Part shown: positions 29,134 to 38,769 of the stretch, in pieces
Layout: each line of letters opens with the position of its first letter
How positions within the stretch are numbered: position 1 is the stretch's first letter
Assembly: GCA_046314355.1 (NCBI GenBank)
Contig: JBKBWQ010000001.1
Coordinates: 736,001 to 800,000 of the forward strand
DNA length: 64,000 bases
Direction of reading: 5' to 3'
DNA from: Candidatus Altimarinota bacterium
GTDB taxonomy: Bacteria > Patescibacteriota > Gracilibacteria > 1-14-2-50-48-13
Program-made: the position numbers and the translations under genes
Notes under the pieces: generated by a model
Databases searched by the model: none
What the model was told of the DNA's origin: nothing
Seen by the model: the letters and a program-made list of their open reading frames with translations, nothing else

Positions 29134-29255
29134 GGCTCGATGATTAGGGCTCATTATTGGGCTCAATCATTAGGGGCTCTTATAATTGGGCTGCAATAAT
29201 TGAGCTCAATTATTTAATTATTGAGTCCAATTATGTGCGCCCAATTACCGAGCCC
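29134..29255. repeat. Modular palindromic intergenic element, copy 5
   Basis: CAATAATTGAGCTCAATTATT core at 29194-29214 with inverted units. Confidence 0.85.
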
Positions 29256-29258
29256 TTT

Positions 29259-30245
29259 CTACATCGTGAAAAACAATCCATTCACCGTTGTCAGAAAGAG
29301 CTTAATAAGGAATAGGAGTGCGAGTCCCATAAGCACCTGCTGAAGCTGCTTATAGACTTTTTTAACTGCCTCTTCCCCGCTACCTCCTCCTTTATACATA
29401 ATCTCTACTCCGCAATAAATGATCATTCCTACACCAGCGGCAATAAGAAACGGCTGGATCAGAAAGAAGAAATACCCCACAAGGCTGAAAATAATATCAA
29501 ATCCTCCCGTAGTCTTAAGAGCGATAGCATTACAGTATTTCACGTTACCTGCTTCCGATGCCTTCTTTACATCAATAAACGGCTTTGGAGTTTTACCATC
29601 AAGTGTCACTCCGGTAGAGTATCCGCCATCGGGTATGATACTGATACAGAGTGCATTTGTAGTAGCCTTGATAGTCTCAAGAGACACTGGATCAATAAAC
29701 TCCTGACATGCATATGAGCTTGCCTCAGTATTTATAGTATTACTTGTTCCTGTAGCTGCAGTATTTCGCTCTCCGGCTCTTACTGCTAATTCAAACAATT
29801 CGCAGGGTCCCATGAGCAGTTTTTTGGTACAAGAGATTACTCCTGATTTATTACTTCCAGTGATTCCAGGAGAGCTGCAAATTCCCTCATTACCAAAAAT
29901 CTGCTGAGGTTTTTGACAAGAGTTCGCTTGACCTGGGTTTGGATCACAACCAATTTTAGTCTGCATTAGTGGTGTATTTTCAATATCATTCAGCTCTTGT
30001 CTTGCTTGATCAAACATAGCATCGGCTTCTCTCGCAGCTCGATCGAGTGAAGTACCTTCAAAAGATGTATCCATTCCAGATATGCCAGATCCAAGGCTAT
30101 TAATATTGCTAGAGGACTGGTCAAAACCATTTTGAAAAAACGCGGCTTTTGTCGTAAAGTTATTTAAAGAAAGTGTACTAACTATTGTAAATACTATTAA
30201 AAGAAAAATTCTCGAACATAATGTGATACTCTTTGTTTTCATCAT
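29259..30245 (-). CDS. Cys-rich protein with C-terminal T4SS-pilin (TrbC/VirB2-like) hairpin
   Basis: Signal peptide, Cys-rich middle, GVGMIIYCG...VLMGLALLF two-TM end. Confidence 0.7.
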   Translation of the reverse strand: MMKTKSITLCSRIFLLIVFTIVSTLSLNNFTTKAAFFQNGFDQSSSNINSLGSGISGMDTSFEGTSLDRAAREADAMFDQARQELNDIENTPLMQTKIGCDPNPGQANSCQKPQQIFGNEGICSSPGITGSNKSGVISCTKKLLMGPCELFELAVRAGERNTAATGTSNTINTEASSYACQEFIDPVSLETIKATTNALCISIIPDGGYSTGVTLDGKTPKPFIDVKKASEAGNVKYCNAIALKTTGGFDIIFSLVGYFFFLIQPFLIAAGVGMIIYCGVEIMYKGGGSGEEAVKKVYKQLQQVLMGLALLFLIKLFLTTVNGLFFTM

Positions 30246-30688
30246 GTAGTCTGCAAAAAGCTAAATACAACTCTCGCAATCGTAAAAGAAGAGAAGGAGA
30301 CTATTATACCAATCACAGCATTCTTGATCGCAGTCTGCCCTTTCTTGTTGTCTTTTCCTTGGTTGAGAATGTACTGATATCCTGCATAAATGATCCCCAG
30401 AAGCCCTAAGGTTCCTAAGATATTAAAGAAAAAACCAAGCATGTACTGAAGATAAAAAATGACATCTTCAAGTCCCATACGTCCGCACTTGATCTTCAAT
30501 GCAAGCCATTTACTTGGATGCGGATCTACTTTTAAACGGTTAATCAGCTCAATACAGTTCGCAGGTACATCTCCTCCCAAGTCCTGAGTCGGAAGAATAG
30601 ACGTAGCAATAGCCGATGCAGATGGCATCGAAGCAGTATTCAGCAGACAGAGCGAGACAAGGAATGAAAAGAGAAAACGCTTGAACAT
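30242..30688 (-). CDS. T4SS-type pilin (TrbC/VirB2-like)
   Basis: GLLGIIYAGYQYI...KGQTAIKNAVIGIIV; ATGA overlap with next gene. Confidence 0.78.
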   Translation of the reverse strand: MFKRFLFSFLVSLCLLNTASMPSASAIATSILPTQDLGGDVPANCIELINRLKVDPHPSKWLALKIKCGRMGLEDVIFYLQYMLGFFFNILGTLGLLGIIYAGYQYILNQGKDNKKGQTAIKNAVIGIIVSFSSFTIARVVFSFLQTT

Positions 30689-30751
30689 GAATGGAATGAG
30701 AAACTGAGATTCTCTTTAGTATACCAGAAAGGAAGAGAAAGTGGAAGGGGG

Positions 30752-30895
30752 CAATAATTGGGCTCAATAATTAAGGCTCGTTATTGTGCTCTTGTTATTG
30801 GACTCAATAATTAGGGGCTCATTATTGGGCTGCACGAATTGAGCTCAATTACTTAATTATTGAGTCCAATTATGTGCACCCAATTACTTGAGCCC
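30752..30895. repeat. Modular palindromic intergenic element, copy 6
   Basis: About six AATAATTGGGCTC-like units, core AATTGAGCTCAATT at 30837-30850, reversed units after. Confidence 0.85.
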
Positions 30896-30897
30896 TC

Positions 30898-33549
30898 TTA
30901 CTCCCGTATCCCTATCACAACCTTTATAGGTCCTGCGCTATCCTGTGCTATACCAATTCCAATATCTGCTCCCGGCATTGTTTTTGAGAGGATATCTACT
31001 ACCTTTTTTTCTACTCCGGCGAGGGAGTCGGAAGCTACTACGTTTGCTACATAGGATCCGTTGCCTCCTTTATTGAGTAATTCTTCCAAAAGGGATTTTC
31101 CATTTAATTTAAAGCTAAGGACATGTGCCTCAGCAAGATCTTCCGCCCAATCCTGTGTCACGGTTGTGAGGACATCAGATATTTGAAGATTCTTACCGCT
31201 AGTATTTACTTGTGCAATCCACTTCGTGCGGAGGTCATTCACTGGGAACGCAGATAAAGGCTTCGCAGAAAATCCTTGAGCGATATAGACGATATTATCC
31301 TTCTGCGCAAAGCCAAATCCGGCAATCTCCACATCTGCATTCAAAATATTTTCCAAATGCGAAGGACTATGACGAAGCTCAAGATAAGCAGAGAGTATCC
31401 CTTCTGAACTATAGGCGATGTTCTCAGCCACACTTGGGTAAAAACCATACTTATATTTTAGATCATTTACACTTTTACCCTCAGGATCATAATGTGAAAA
31501 GTAATCCCGCGCCACTAAGTCATCTGCACGGGCAGTCATGATAGTATCCAGAGTTTGCGCAGGCTCAAGCATCTTTAGTCCTGATCGTGCTCTATCTTCG
31601 TTGATCCATTGGAGCATCTTACTTCTTGCTAGAGTTAGGTCGTTAGGATCAGTCTTATTATTTGCCACAAAGTCACTAGAGAGAGTGAATACATCCTGTG
31701 TTCTATACATATCTAGGTAGACAATCTTTCCATCAGGTCGGATGATTTCAAAAATATAACTTCCAGACTTAGGAATTGTATAACTCTTATTGAAGAATGT
31801 TCCAGCTTTTACCGTCTCATCATCTGCATCTACAAGTTTTTCTTTCTTGAATACTCCATCAGAAGTGAGTGTAAAAAATTCATTTTTTAGATCAACCAAT
31901 GCCTTTCCTTTAAATTGAAGAGTCTCTCCAGTAGTTACAATCTCACTTTCCTTATTGTCGATCTGCAGATTATTTGAGAGAAATACAGGATTGAATCCTG
32001 TCATAAAGGTTGCAGTCCTAGTGGATATTTTCTCCCAAGTGGTCATCCGGTCATGAGAGTATCCTGTGGATGTATACGCACCATAGACCTCGATAGTCCA
32101 ACTTCCTTCAGAGAGACCGTTGAGGCTTTGCGGATCAATGACGACATGAGTGGAGTTATTTACTAAAATCGTGCGCACAATACGATCCTGAATAAATTTC
32201 AAAAGATACATATTTACATTCTGGGAAGCATCCCAGTCAAGCTTCAGACCTGTGGTAGTGTATGAAATGTCCAGATTTCCAGAGAGTCCATTGATGCTTC
32301 TGACTGGCTTTGAGAAAAGATTATTTGTCACATATATGGTTTGCGCTGCACCACCGTAAGTGAGGGTATAGACACCTTCTGCAGGAAAATAAATAGTCGA
32401 TTCAAATGTGCTACCCTGTATATTCAGATCATACTCCTGCTCCATTCCCTTATTATCTGAAAGTACAAAACCTCCAGCAGTACTAGCGAGATTGGCTATG
32501 GTTCCACTCACTGTATAAAACTCGCCTTCTAGCATCATATTAGGCATTGGAGATGCAAGCTTAATCCCAGAGAAAGCACTCTCGGAAATATATTTTTTGT
32601 TCATGCTTCCTTTTCCTACACGGTATACTTCTCCATCAAATCTGCCTGATGACATAGCAGCCATAGTAGAAAATGCCTTTGAAGAGATATCAATAATATG
32701 AGAGGCCGTATACGGTCCCCTATCATTAATACGGACAATGGCGCTTTTTTCATGATTTTTATCTACTACTTGTGCATAGGTCCCAAAAGCAAGAGTACGG
32801 TGAGCTGCAGTAAATGAGTCTTTATCATATGGTTCTCCTGAGGAAGTGGGTTCTCCCTGAAGATCATCTGCATAATAAGAGACACTTCCCTGTTCAAAAT
32901 TCTGGAAAGCTGTCAGATTTTTTTCTTTCATATACATATAGCGGTACAGCATATCTGCAATATCACCACGAGTTACCGCCTCACCTGCCCGTATCTGGTT
33001 TTCATTATAAATATCTAACAGATTTTTATCTAAGGCAAAAAGAACATATTTTGAATACCAAAGCCCGGAATCAATCTCAAGATAAGTCTTTTGAGTAATA
33101 GTCATGCTTTTCATTACCTGTGATATTTCAAGAAGCATTTTAAGCGCTTCCACCCTATTTACATTTTGTTCAGGACGGAAAAAACCATCGGGATATCCTT
33201 TCACATAGCCATTTTTTAAGGCTTGTGAAACAAAAGGTGCATACCAAGTACTTGATGCAACATCAGGAAAAGAACTTTTCTGCGGATAAATCTGTATACC
33301 AAGACCCGTGAGAAGCATCTTTAGGGCTTCTGCTCTATTTACTTTCTTATCTGGCTGGAAGGTACCATCATCATAGCCTGTCACTACCCCTTTTTCCTTG
33401 AGGTACACTAGCGCAGACATATAAGGAGAATCCGCCTTTACATCTGAAAACGGAGAGCTAGCGGCAGACACACGACCAATAGAAAAGCATACGAAGAGAC
33501 TGATAATCACGAAGTAGATAATACTTCGATTGATGGCTTGCTGCTTCAT
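30898..33549 (-). CDS. SLH + RlpA-like (DPBB lytic transglycosylase) + CAP/SCP domain surface protein
   Basis: Three SLH repeats; SYY, TAAHRTL, VRINDRGPY, IIDIS; YFSHYDPEG, AENIA, SPSHLENIL. Confidence 0.9.
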   Translation of the reverse strand: MKQQAINRSIIYFVIISLFVCFSIGRVSAASSPFSDVKADSPYMSALVYLKEKGVVTGYDDGTFQPDKKVNRAEALKMLLTGLGIQIYPQKSSFPDVASSTWYAPFVSQALKNGYVKGYPDGFFRPEQNVNRVEALKMLLEISQVMKSMTITQKTYLEIDSGLWYSKYVLFALDKNLLDIYNENQIRAGEAVTRGDIADMLYRYMYMKEKNLTAFQNFEQGSVSYYADDLQGEPTSSGEPYDKDSFTAAHRTLAFGTYAQVVDKNHEKSAIVRINDRGPYTASHIIDISSKAFSTMAAMSSGRFDGEVYRVGKGSMNKKYISESAFSGIKLASPMPNMMLEGEFYTVSGTIANLASTAGGFVLSDNKGMEQEYDLNIQGSTFESTIYFPAEGVYTLTYGGAAQTIYVTNNLFSKPVRSINGLSGNLDISYTTTGLKLDWDASQNVNMYLLKFIQDRIVRTILVNNSTHVVIDPQSLNGLSEGSWTIEVYGAYTSTGYSHDRMTTWEKISTRTATFMTGFNPVFLSNNLQIDNKESEIVTTGETLQFKGKALVDLKNEFFTLTSDGVFKKEKLVDADDETVKAGTFFNKSYTIPKSGSYIFEIIRPDGKIVYLDMYRTQDVFTLSSDFVANNKTDPNDLTLARSKMLQWINEDRARSGLKMLEPAQTLDTIMTARADDLVARDYFSHYDPEGKSVNDLKYKYGFYPSVAENIAYSSEGILSAYLELRHSPSHLENILNADVEIAGFGFAQKDNIVYIAQGFSAKPLSAFPVNDLRTKWIAQVNTSGKNLQISDVLTTVTQDWAEDLAEAHVLSFKLNGKSLLEELLNKGGNGSYVANVVASDSLAGVEKKVVDILSKTMPGADIGIGIAQDSAGPIKVVIGIRE

Positions 33550-33756
33550 AGAAGATAAGAGTGAGTAGAACAACTTTTCTTTAGTATAGCTCTTTTTAGT
33601 ATCCTTCTCAAGTATATGACTTTTATACTTGAGTCTGAAAGCTCAAAAAAGGTAGCTACGGCGCACGACCAGCAAAGAATATACTCAGTTACTGAATACT
33701 CACTATATTTTACATTTAGTGGTATAATATACATATACACACTTCTATCGCGCCTC

Positions 33757-33930
33757 ATGAAACATCATCACGTACTCATGACAACTACAGGATTAGTGCT
33801 GGCTATATCTCTTGCTCTCTTTGATATCTGGTATCTTACTAATCAAAGACCCCAGACTTCACAGTCAGACATCCTTAGCAACTCCTCCATACAGCAGGTC
33901 AATACTAATCTCAATGCAGCACCCGAGTAA
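33757..33930 (+). CDS. Small single-TM hypothetical protein
   Basis: MKHHHVLMTTTGLVLAISLALFDIW; TGGTATAAT extended -10 upstream. Confidence 0.5.
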   Translation: MKHHHVLMTTTGLVLAISLALFDIWYLTNQRPQTSQSDILSNSSIQQVNTNLNAAPE

Positions 33931-33932
33931 AT

Positions 33933-34955
33933 CTACCCGACAATATACTCTTGTCCATTAAAGATTTCTTTGCCGTCTACGACAATAGAAGCAACATCAA
34001 AAAATACGTCGATATGATAACGTGTCTTTTTCTTATGCAGTCCAGGTTTTGAATAGATAGAGTGTTTTGCTCCTAAAGAGACATGCAGTCCTCTCATTCT
34101 TTCAAAGGCTGTAATATCATTTACCAGTCTTGATGGTCCCATAGCAGCATTTAGTCCAAGTCCGAATTCTCGTACTAGTACTTCCTCATCTACGCGTATG
34201 AGATCAAGGATATCATAGAAATCCTTTGGTGCATCTTCTCCAGCACTCAAAATGCCGTTTTCTATTAGTACTTTAAAAGGCTTGTATGTCCGTACAATAT
34301 GATCAATACCTGCAAAAGCGCAGATCATAGCTTCTCCATTTACCTTTGAAAGATCAGATGGTTCTGTAAAAACTTCACCAATCGGAAAGGTTCCACCTAC
34401 ATTTTTCATACTTGTGTAATCGCCGATATTCAGCTTTGAAGGCTCCATTGGGGAATCATACATAAGCACAGTCCCTCCCCGGCAATGCACTTCAGTACGT
34501 GTAGAAGTATCCATTGTCTTCTTTAAAAACTGTCCGTGTCCATGATAGTATTCTGGATCATAGGAAAGTGCATTAATATATGTTTCAAACTGTTCAGGAG
34601 CAATACGTCCGAGATGTACATGCTCTATGGTCTTCATATCCTGCTTAAATATTTCAATACGAAGTCTGAATTCATTTAATCTAAAGCTCCCAGTCTGCAC
34701 AAGGATGACACTATCTTTTGCCTTGAGAGAAAAAATAGTTTTAATAACATCCTCAGGAAGTGTTGTCCCGAACTCTATAAATTGAGCATCAGGTAAAGCC
34801 TTTATATATCCATCAGCAATAATAGATGAGAGTTCTGAGTCACGGTCATATATGACTAAGACGTTTTCTCCCTCTTCTATCTTAAGAGAATATTTCAAAA
34901 TATCTGATAAATTCTTTGCGGCTTTTGCTACAAGTGCCTCCATAATCTTTTTCAA
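33933..34955 (-). CDS. Aminopeptidase, M29 thermophilic metalloprotease-like
   Basis: GENVLVIYD, GTFPIGEVFTEP, REFGLGLN, FERMRGLHVSLG, HIDV. Confidence 0.75.
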   Translation of the reverse strand: MKKIMEALVAKAAKNLSDILKYSLKIEEGENVLVIYDRDSELSSIIADGYIKALPDAQFIEFGTTLPEDVIKTIFSLKAKDSVILVQTGSFRLNEFRLRIEIFKQDMKTIEHVHLGRIAPEQFETYINALSYDPEYYHGHGQFLKKTMDTSTRTEVHCRGGTVLMYDSPMEPSKLNIGDYTSMKNVGGTFPIGEVFTEPSDLSKVNGEAMICAFAGIDHIVRTYKPFKVLIENGILSAGEDAPKDFYDILDLIRVDEEVLVREFGLGLNAAMGPSRLVNDITAFERMRGLHVSLGAKHSIYSKPGLHKKKTRYHIDVFFDVASIVVDGKEIFNGQEYIVG

Positions 34956-35025
34956 AAAATAAGCAGATCTACTCTACAAAAAGAAACGAGTAATCGCAAC
35001 AGAAAGTAGCCAGCTTAAATTTGTC

Positions 35026-35760
35026 TCAAAAACTGTGAATCATACTTTCAATAGTGAAAGCATTTTTTACTGCTGCACCATTCATAGTATTATTAAAAAA
35101 TATCCATACCCGTTTTCCTGATTGAAGCCACATAGATATTTTTTCTGCATACAAAGATAATTTTTCATCTGAGTAAGAAGAGCTGTAGAGTTTTTCAACT
35201 CCATGAAATCTCAAATATATCTCATTTGAAGTACTCATTTCTTTCTGTGGGAAACGATCTCCCGCGTCTGCAATAACCCAGGATAGAGAGTATTTTTCTA
35301 ACATTTCCTGTACAGAGCAATCAAACCAAGTGGTATTTCTCGCTTCTAAAGCAAAAATCACTGCGGGATATTTTTTCCTTAAAAAAGAGAAAAAATCTTC
35401 ATACTCAGGATTATATTTTAAACTCGCAGGAAGCTGGATAAGCACTGGTCCAAGCTTCTCTTTTAAAAGAAGAAAACTATTCATCTGGGTCGCTACTTCA
35501 TTTTCTATGTTTTCAAGCCTTTTAAGATGGGTAATGCTTTTATGCATTTTCAGAGCAAATCTAAAGTTATGAGGAGTCTCCTGGTACCACTTCAGTACGG
35601 TCGAAGGTCTCGTCATATGGTAGAAGGAACTATTCACTTCTACAGTTAAAAATCGAGTGCTGTAGTACGAAAGATAGTCCTTGCTTTTCAACTCTTCAGG
35701 ATAAAATATTCCTTTCCAAGGATAGCTCCAGCCTGAGGTACCAATAAAATGATGTCCCAT
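35026..35760 (-). CDS. DUF72 family protein
   Basis: IGTSGWSY, TVEVNSSFY, QLPAS, YLRFHG, FFNN. Confidence 0.93.
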   Translation of the reverse strand: MGHHFIGTSGWSYPWKGIFYPEELKSKDYLSYYSTRFLTVEVNSSFYHMTRPSTVLKWYQETPHNFRFALKMHKSITHLKRLENIENEVATQMNSFLLLKEKLGPVLIQLPASLKYNPEYEDFFSFLRKKYPAVIFALEARNTTWFDCSVQEMLEKYSLSWVIADAGDRFPQKEMSTSNEIYLRFHGVEKLYSSSYSDEKLSLYAEKISMWLQSGKRVWIFFNNTMNGAAVKNAFTIESMIHSF

Positions 35761-35886
35761 AAAAGATAATAATTTTATATCTTACAGTACTCCTATTTAC
35801 CTCTCTTAAAAAATTTTTTTCAACGATTGCATTTGATACACATGTGCTTTAGGCTTACTATATACACCATCTCACCCTACTCTCCT

Positions 35887-36600
35887 ATGATCTCAGATAT
35901 CAAAAAGGACCTCTCGTTTATGATGAATCCGGAAAAAGCAGCATTTTTTCCATATTTTTTTAAAACAGGAAAAGGAGAATACGGAGAAGGAGATCAATTC
36001 CTAGGTGTCACAGTTCCTCAGCAGCGTATCATTGCTAAAAAGTATGTAAATCTCGCAAATCTCAAAGATATCGCGGCACTTCTTGAAAGTCCTATCCATG
36101 AGCATCGTCTCACTGCCCTTCTCATCCTAGTCTATAAAAATGAAAAAGCTTCCCCAGAAGAGAAAAAAGCAATCTTTGATTTCTATCTCGCTCACACAAA
36201 AGGTATCAACAACTGGGATCTTGTAGATGCATCTGCCAGATCCATCGTAGGTGATTACCTTTTATCTGCAGAGAAAAAAGATAAAACTCCAAAATTATTG
36301 ATAGATCTTTCTCATTCAAAGGATCTATGGGAGCGAAGAATTGCAATAGTTGCTACCTACGCATACATTAAAAAAGGTATAATATCTCCTACCTTTGAGA
36401 TTACTGAACTACTTATGAAAGATGCTCATGATCTGATTCATAAGGCCTGCGGCTGGATGCTGAGAGAGACAGGTAAAAAAGATATTGAAGCGTTGATTGA
36501 ATTTGTAGAGAAGCATAAAGCAGTGATGCCTAGGACTATGCTCCGGTATGCCATAGAGAGGATGGATAAGGAGACGAAGGTGGAGCTGATGAAAAGATAA
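35887..36600 (+). CDS. DNA alkylation repair enzyme (AlkD-like)
   Basis: FFKTGKGEYGEGD, NNWDLVD, LWERRIAIV, IHKACGWMLRE, MPRTMLRYAIE. Confidence 0.92.
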   Translation: MISDIKKDLSFMMNPEKAAFFPYFFKTGKGEYGEGDQFLGVTVPQQRIIAKKYVNLANLKDIAALLESPIHEHRLTALLILVYKNEKASPEEKKAIFDFYLAHTKGINNWDLVDASARSIVGDYLLSAEKKDKTPKLLIDLSHSKDLWERRIAIVATYAYIKKGIISPTFEITELLMKDAHDLIHKACGWMLRETGKKDIEALIEFVEKHKAVMPRTMLRYAIERMDKETKVELMKR

Positions 36601-36610
36601 AAGGACTTCC

Positions 36611-37206
36611 TCCCCGGAGTACGCTACGCTAGCTCCGGGGTTTCCCTCCGGGCATCATGAGCACTCAAAAACTCGTTTCCTCTGGGTACTCGTGAGCGCC
36701 CTGTTGTTCGATGTACTTTCTAACTATCTCCTCATTCAGCCCTACGGTGGATGAGAAATATCCTACACTCCAGACGCTGTTCTCTACATACATCCGCCGA
36801 ATAAACGGAAACTTCTTGATCAGCATCCTACTCGAACCACTCTTCAAGATTTGTACTACTCGACTTACCAACACATTCGGTGGAATCTCTACTTGAAGAT
36901 GAATATGATCTTCATCAACATTCGCTACATCCAAACGGAGTGTAGGGTACTTCTTAAATTCTTTGTTCAACCATGCTAAAAGTTCCTCTTTCACGTAGGG
37001 CTTCAAATACTTTCTACGGTATTTCGTACCCCACACGAGGTGGTATAAATGTTGGTACGTGCTATGGGATAGTTTTTGAATTCTCATGGGGGAATTGTAC
37101 CATACACTAGCTAGACTCCTCTAGTGTATTGCACAATCCAGGGAACATTCATCCCCGGAGTACGCTACGTCTGCTTCGCAACTCCTCCGCTAGCTCCGGG
37201 GTTTCC
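36611..37206 (-). mobile_element. IS200/IS605-family element (tnpA only) with subterminal hairpins
   Basis: CCCCGGAGTACGCTACG...CTAGCTCCGGGG hairpins at 36612-36640 and 37153-37201 flanking tnpA. Confidence 0.85.
36665..37087 (-). CDS. tnpA: IS200/IS605 HUH (Y1) transposase
   Basis: YHLVWGTKYRR, DHIHL (HUH), WSVGYF, KYIEQQ. Confidence 0.95.
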   Translation of the reverse strand: MRIQKLSHSTYQHLYHLVWGTKYRRKYLKPYVKEELLAWLNKEFKKYPTLRLDVANVDEDHIHLQVEIPPNVLVSRVVQILKSGSSRMLIKKFPFIRRMYVENSVWSVGYFSSTVGLNEEIVRKYIEQQGAHEYPEETSF

Positions 37207-37268
37207 TGTACGTAAAAAAAAGTGCTCTGAAATATTTCAGAGCACTTAATACATAGAAAAGACAAAGG

Positions 37269-38114
37269 CTATATGTCGTAAGAGTGACTAATACTTTTTA
37301 AAATTTTTTGGAATTTTACCTTTATAGTGCGCACTGAGCATTTATATTCTTTAGCTAGTAACTCATCGCAGGCTTTACTGAGACCTAATCTTACACGACG
37401 TATAAAGAACTTTATATCAGTATCTCTCAATTGAGTAAAATGCAATTTAAAAAGTATTTTATTCGTCATATGTAAGAAAGCTTCAGCTTCTTTGTCAGAG
37501 AATTTTTTTAATAAACTATCTGCAAAGTGGGTTGGATTTTTCACACTAGCAATTTTATTATCTACATACTTTTTGAAACTAGCTAAGTATATATTTGGAG
37601 TAGGCAGCAAATTATCTCTTTCAGTTTCAGCATAATATCTAATGTACTCATCCATCTCCTTTATTTGAGTTTCAATCTGATAATCACTTAATCCGATAGA
37701 AGCATCTAAACTTTTTGCACAGTCTAGTGCTTGACCTTGAGATCTGGAATGGATACGAAATAAAGAATGTGCAAGTCTATCCATTGAAGTTTGCTGCGTA
37801 AGCTTTTTAAAATGAGACTTTTCCATAATTACTGATGGTCTTACACCAAATTGTTCAGCAATTATCAATTGCTCAAAAGATTCTAAGGTTGAAAACACAA
37901 TAGCTTTCATATAACTATAATCTTTTTCCAAAGGCACAGGATGTGCTATAAAAGCCCCTCCTGATTCGAATGAAAATTTGTATTTATATCCTTGAGCAGG
38001 AATACAAACGAAAGCCACCTCTCCAAATATAATGAATGCTCTTTGTCCAACATACTCCACAATTCCTTCATATTGAAAAGCAAATGTTTCAACGGACGTA
38101 TCTTTTATATCCAT
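37269..38114 (-). CDS. Hypothetical protein, possible C-terminal HTH
   Basis: 281-aa ORF, AAGGAGG SD; ELLAKEYKCSVRTIK. Confidence 0.7.
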   Translation of the reverse strand: MDIKDTSVETFAFQYEGIVEYVGQRAFIIFGEVAFVCIPAQGYKYKFSFESGGAFIAHPVPLEKDYSYMKAIVFSTLESFEQLIIAEQFGVRPSVIMEKSHFKKLTQQTSMDRLAHSLFRIHSRSQGQALDCAKSLDASIGLSDYQIETQIKEMDEYIRYYAETERDNLLPTPNIYLASFKKYVDNKIASVKNPTHFADSLLKKFSDKEAEAFLHMTNKILFKLHFTQLRDTDIKFFIRRVRLGLSKACDELLAKEYKCSVRTIKVKFQKILKSISHSYDI

Positions 38115-38250
38115 AGTTCTGTCCTCCTTACAACAATAGCACGAGTTTATTCTCGCATACTATCTTTCACATATTGAAAAACACTATGCGAGAATAACAT
38201 TGCGTCCTTTCTACTTTTCAATGATCTGTTGAATAGACAGACATCACTTA

Positions 38251-38430
38251 AAGATTCTGGAACCAGAGTTCAACTGCTTGGTTCGTAGGTACTTTATCCA
38301 CTATTTTACAAATGTAAATTATATACCAAAATATTTGAAATTATTTTAAAACAACAATCAGCAAAAGAGCATTATTTTGTTTTACTATAAATAGATTAAA
38401 AAAATTAAATTCGTCATTTATTTTTTACAA
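38251..38430 (-). promoter_or_regulatory. Duplicated promoter/leader block, copy A
   Basis: TTCGTAGGTACTTTATCCACTATTTTACAAATGTAAA and downstream AT blocks match 39968-40003 onward. Confidence 0.7.
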
Positions 38431-38769
38431 CAAAATAATATATCTCTCATTAGAACTAGACATTTTCAAAAAACCAAGAAAAGTTATAGGCGGAATAAAA
38501 GTAGTAAATGATTGAAAAGGTTTTCTTATTAACACACTAGATTTAAAATTCTACCACTTGAAATATCCTCACAAACTCCGGAGTTTCCTATAATATAAAA
38601 ATACGGAAGCGGTGAAATCAATGAATATACTGAGATATTCGATAAAGAATATTTTCGTTTATAAAAAACCTCGTAGCTATAAACTACGAGGCAACAACAG
38701 AAAAAACTACTTTGCATTCTTTATAGCTTTTGAAATAAGGGAATTAGCATATTTCAAACATCTTTATTA

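Noticed and set aside
8693-30895. CRISPR array interpretation of the intergenic repeats
   Set aside because: Units are 12-15 nt, contiguous, degenerate and invert at a centre; no unique spacers and no cas genes
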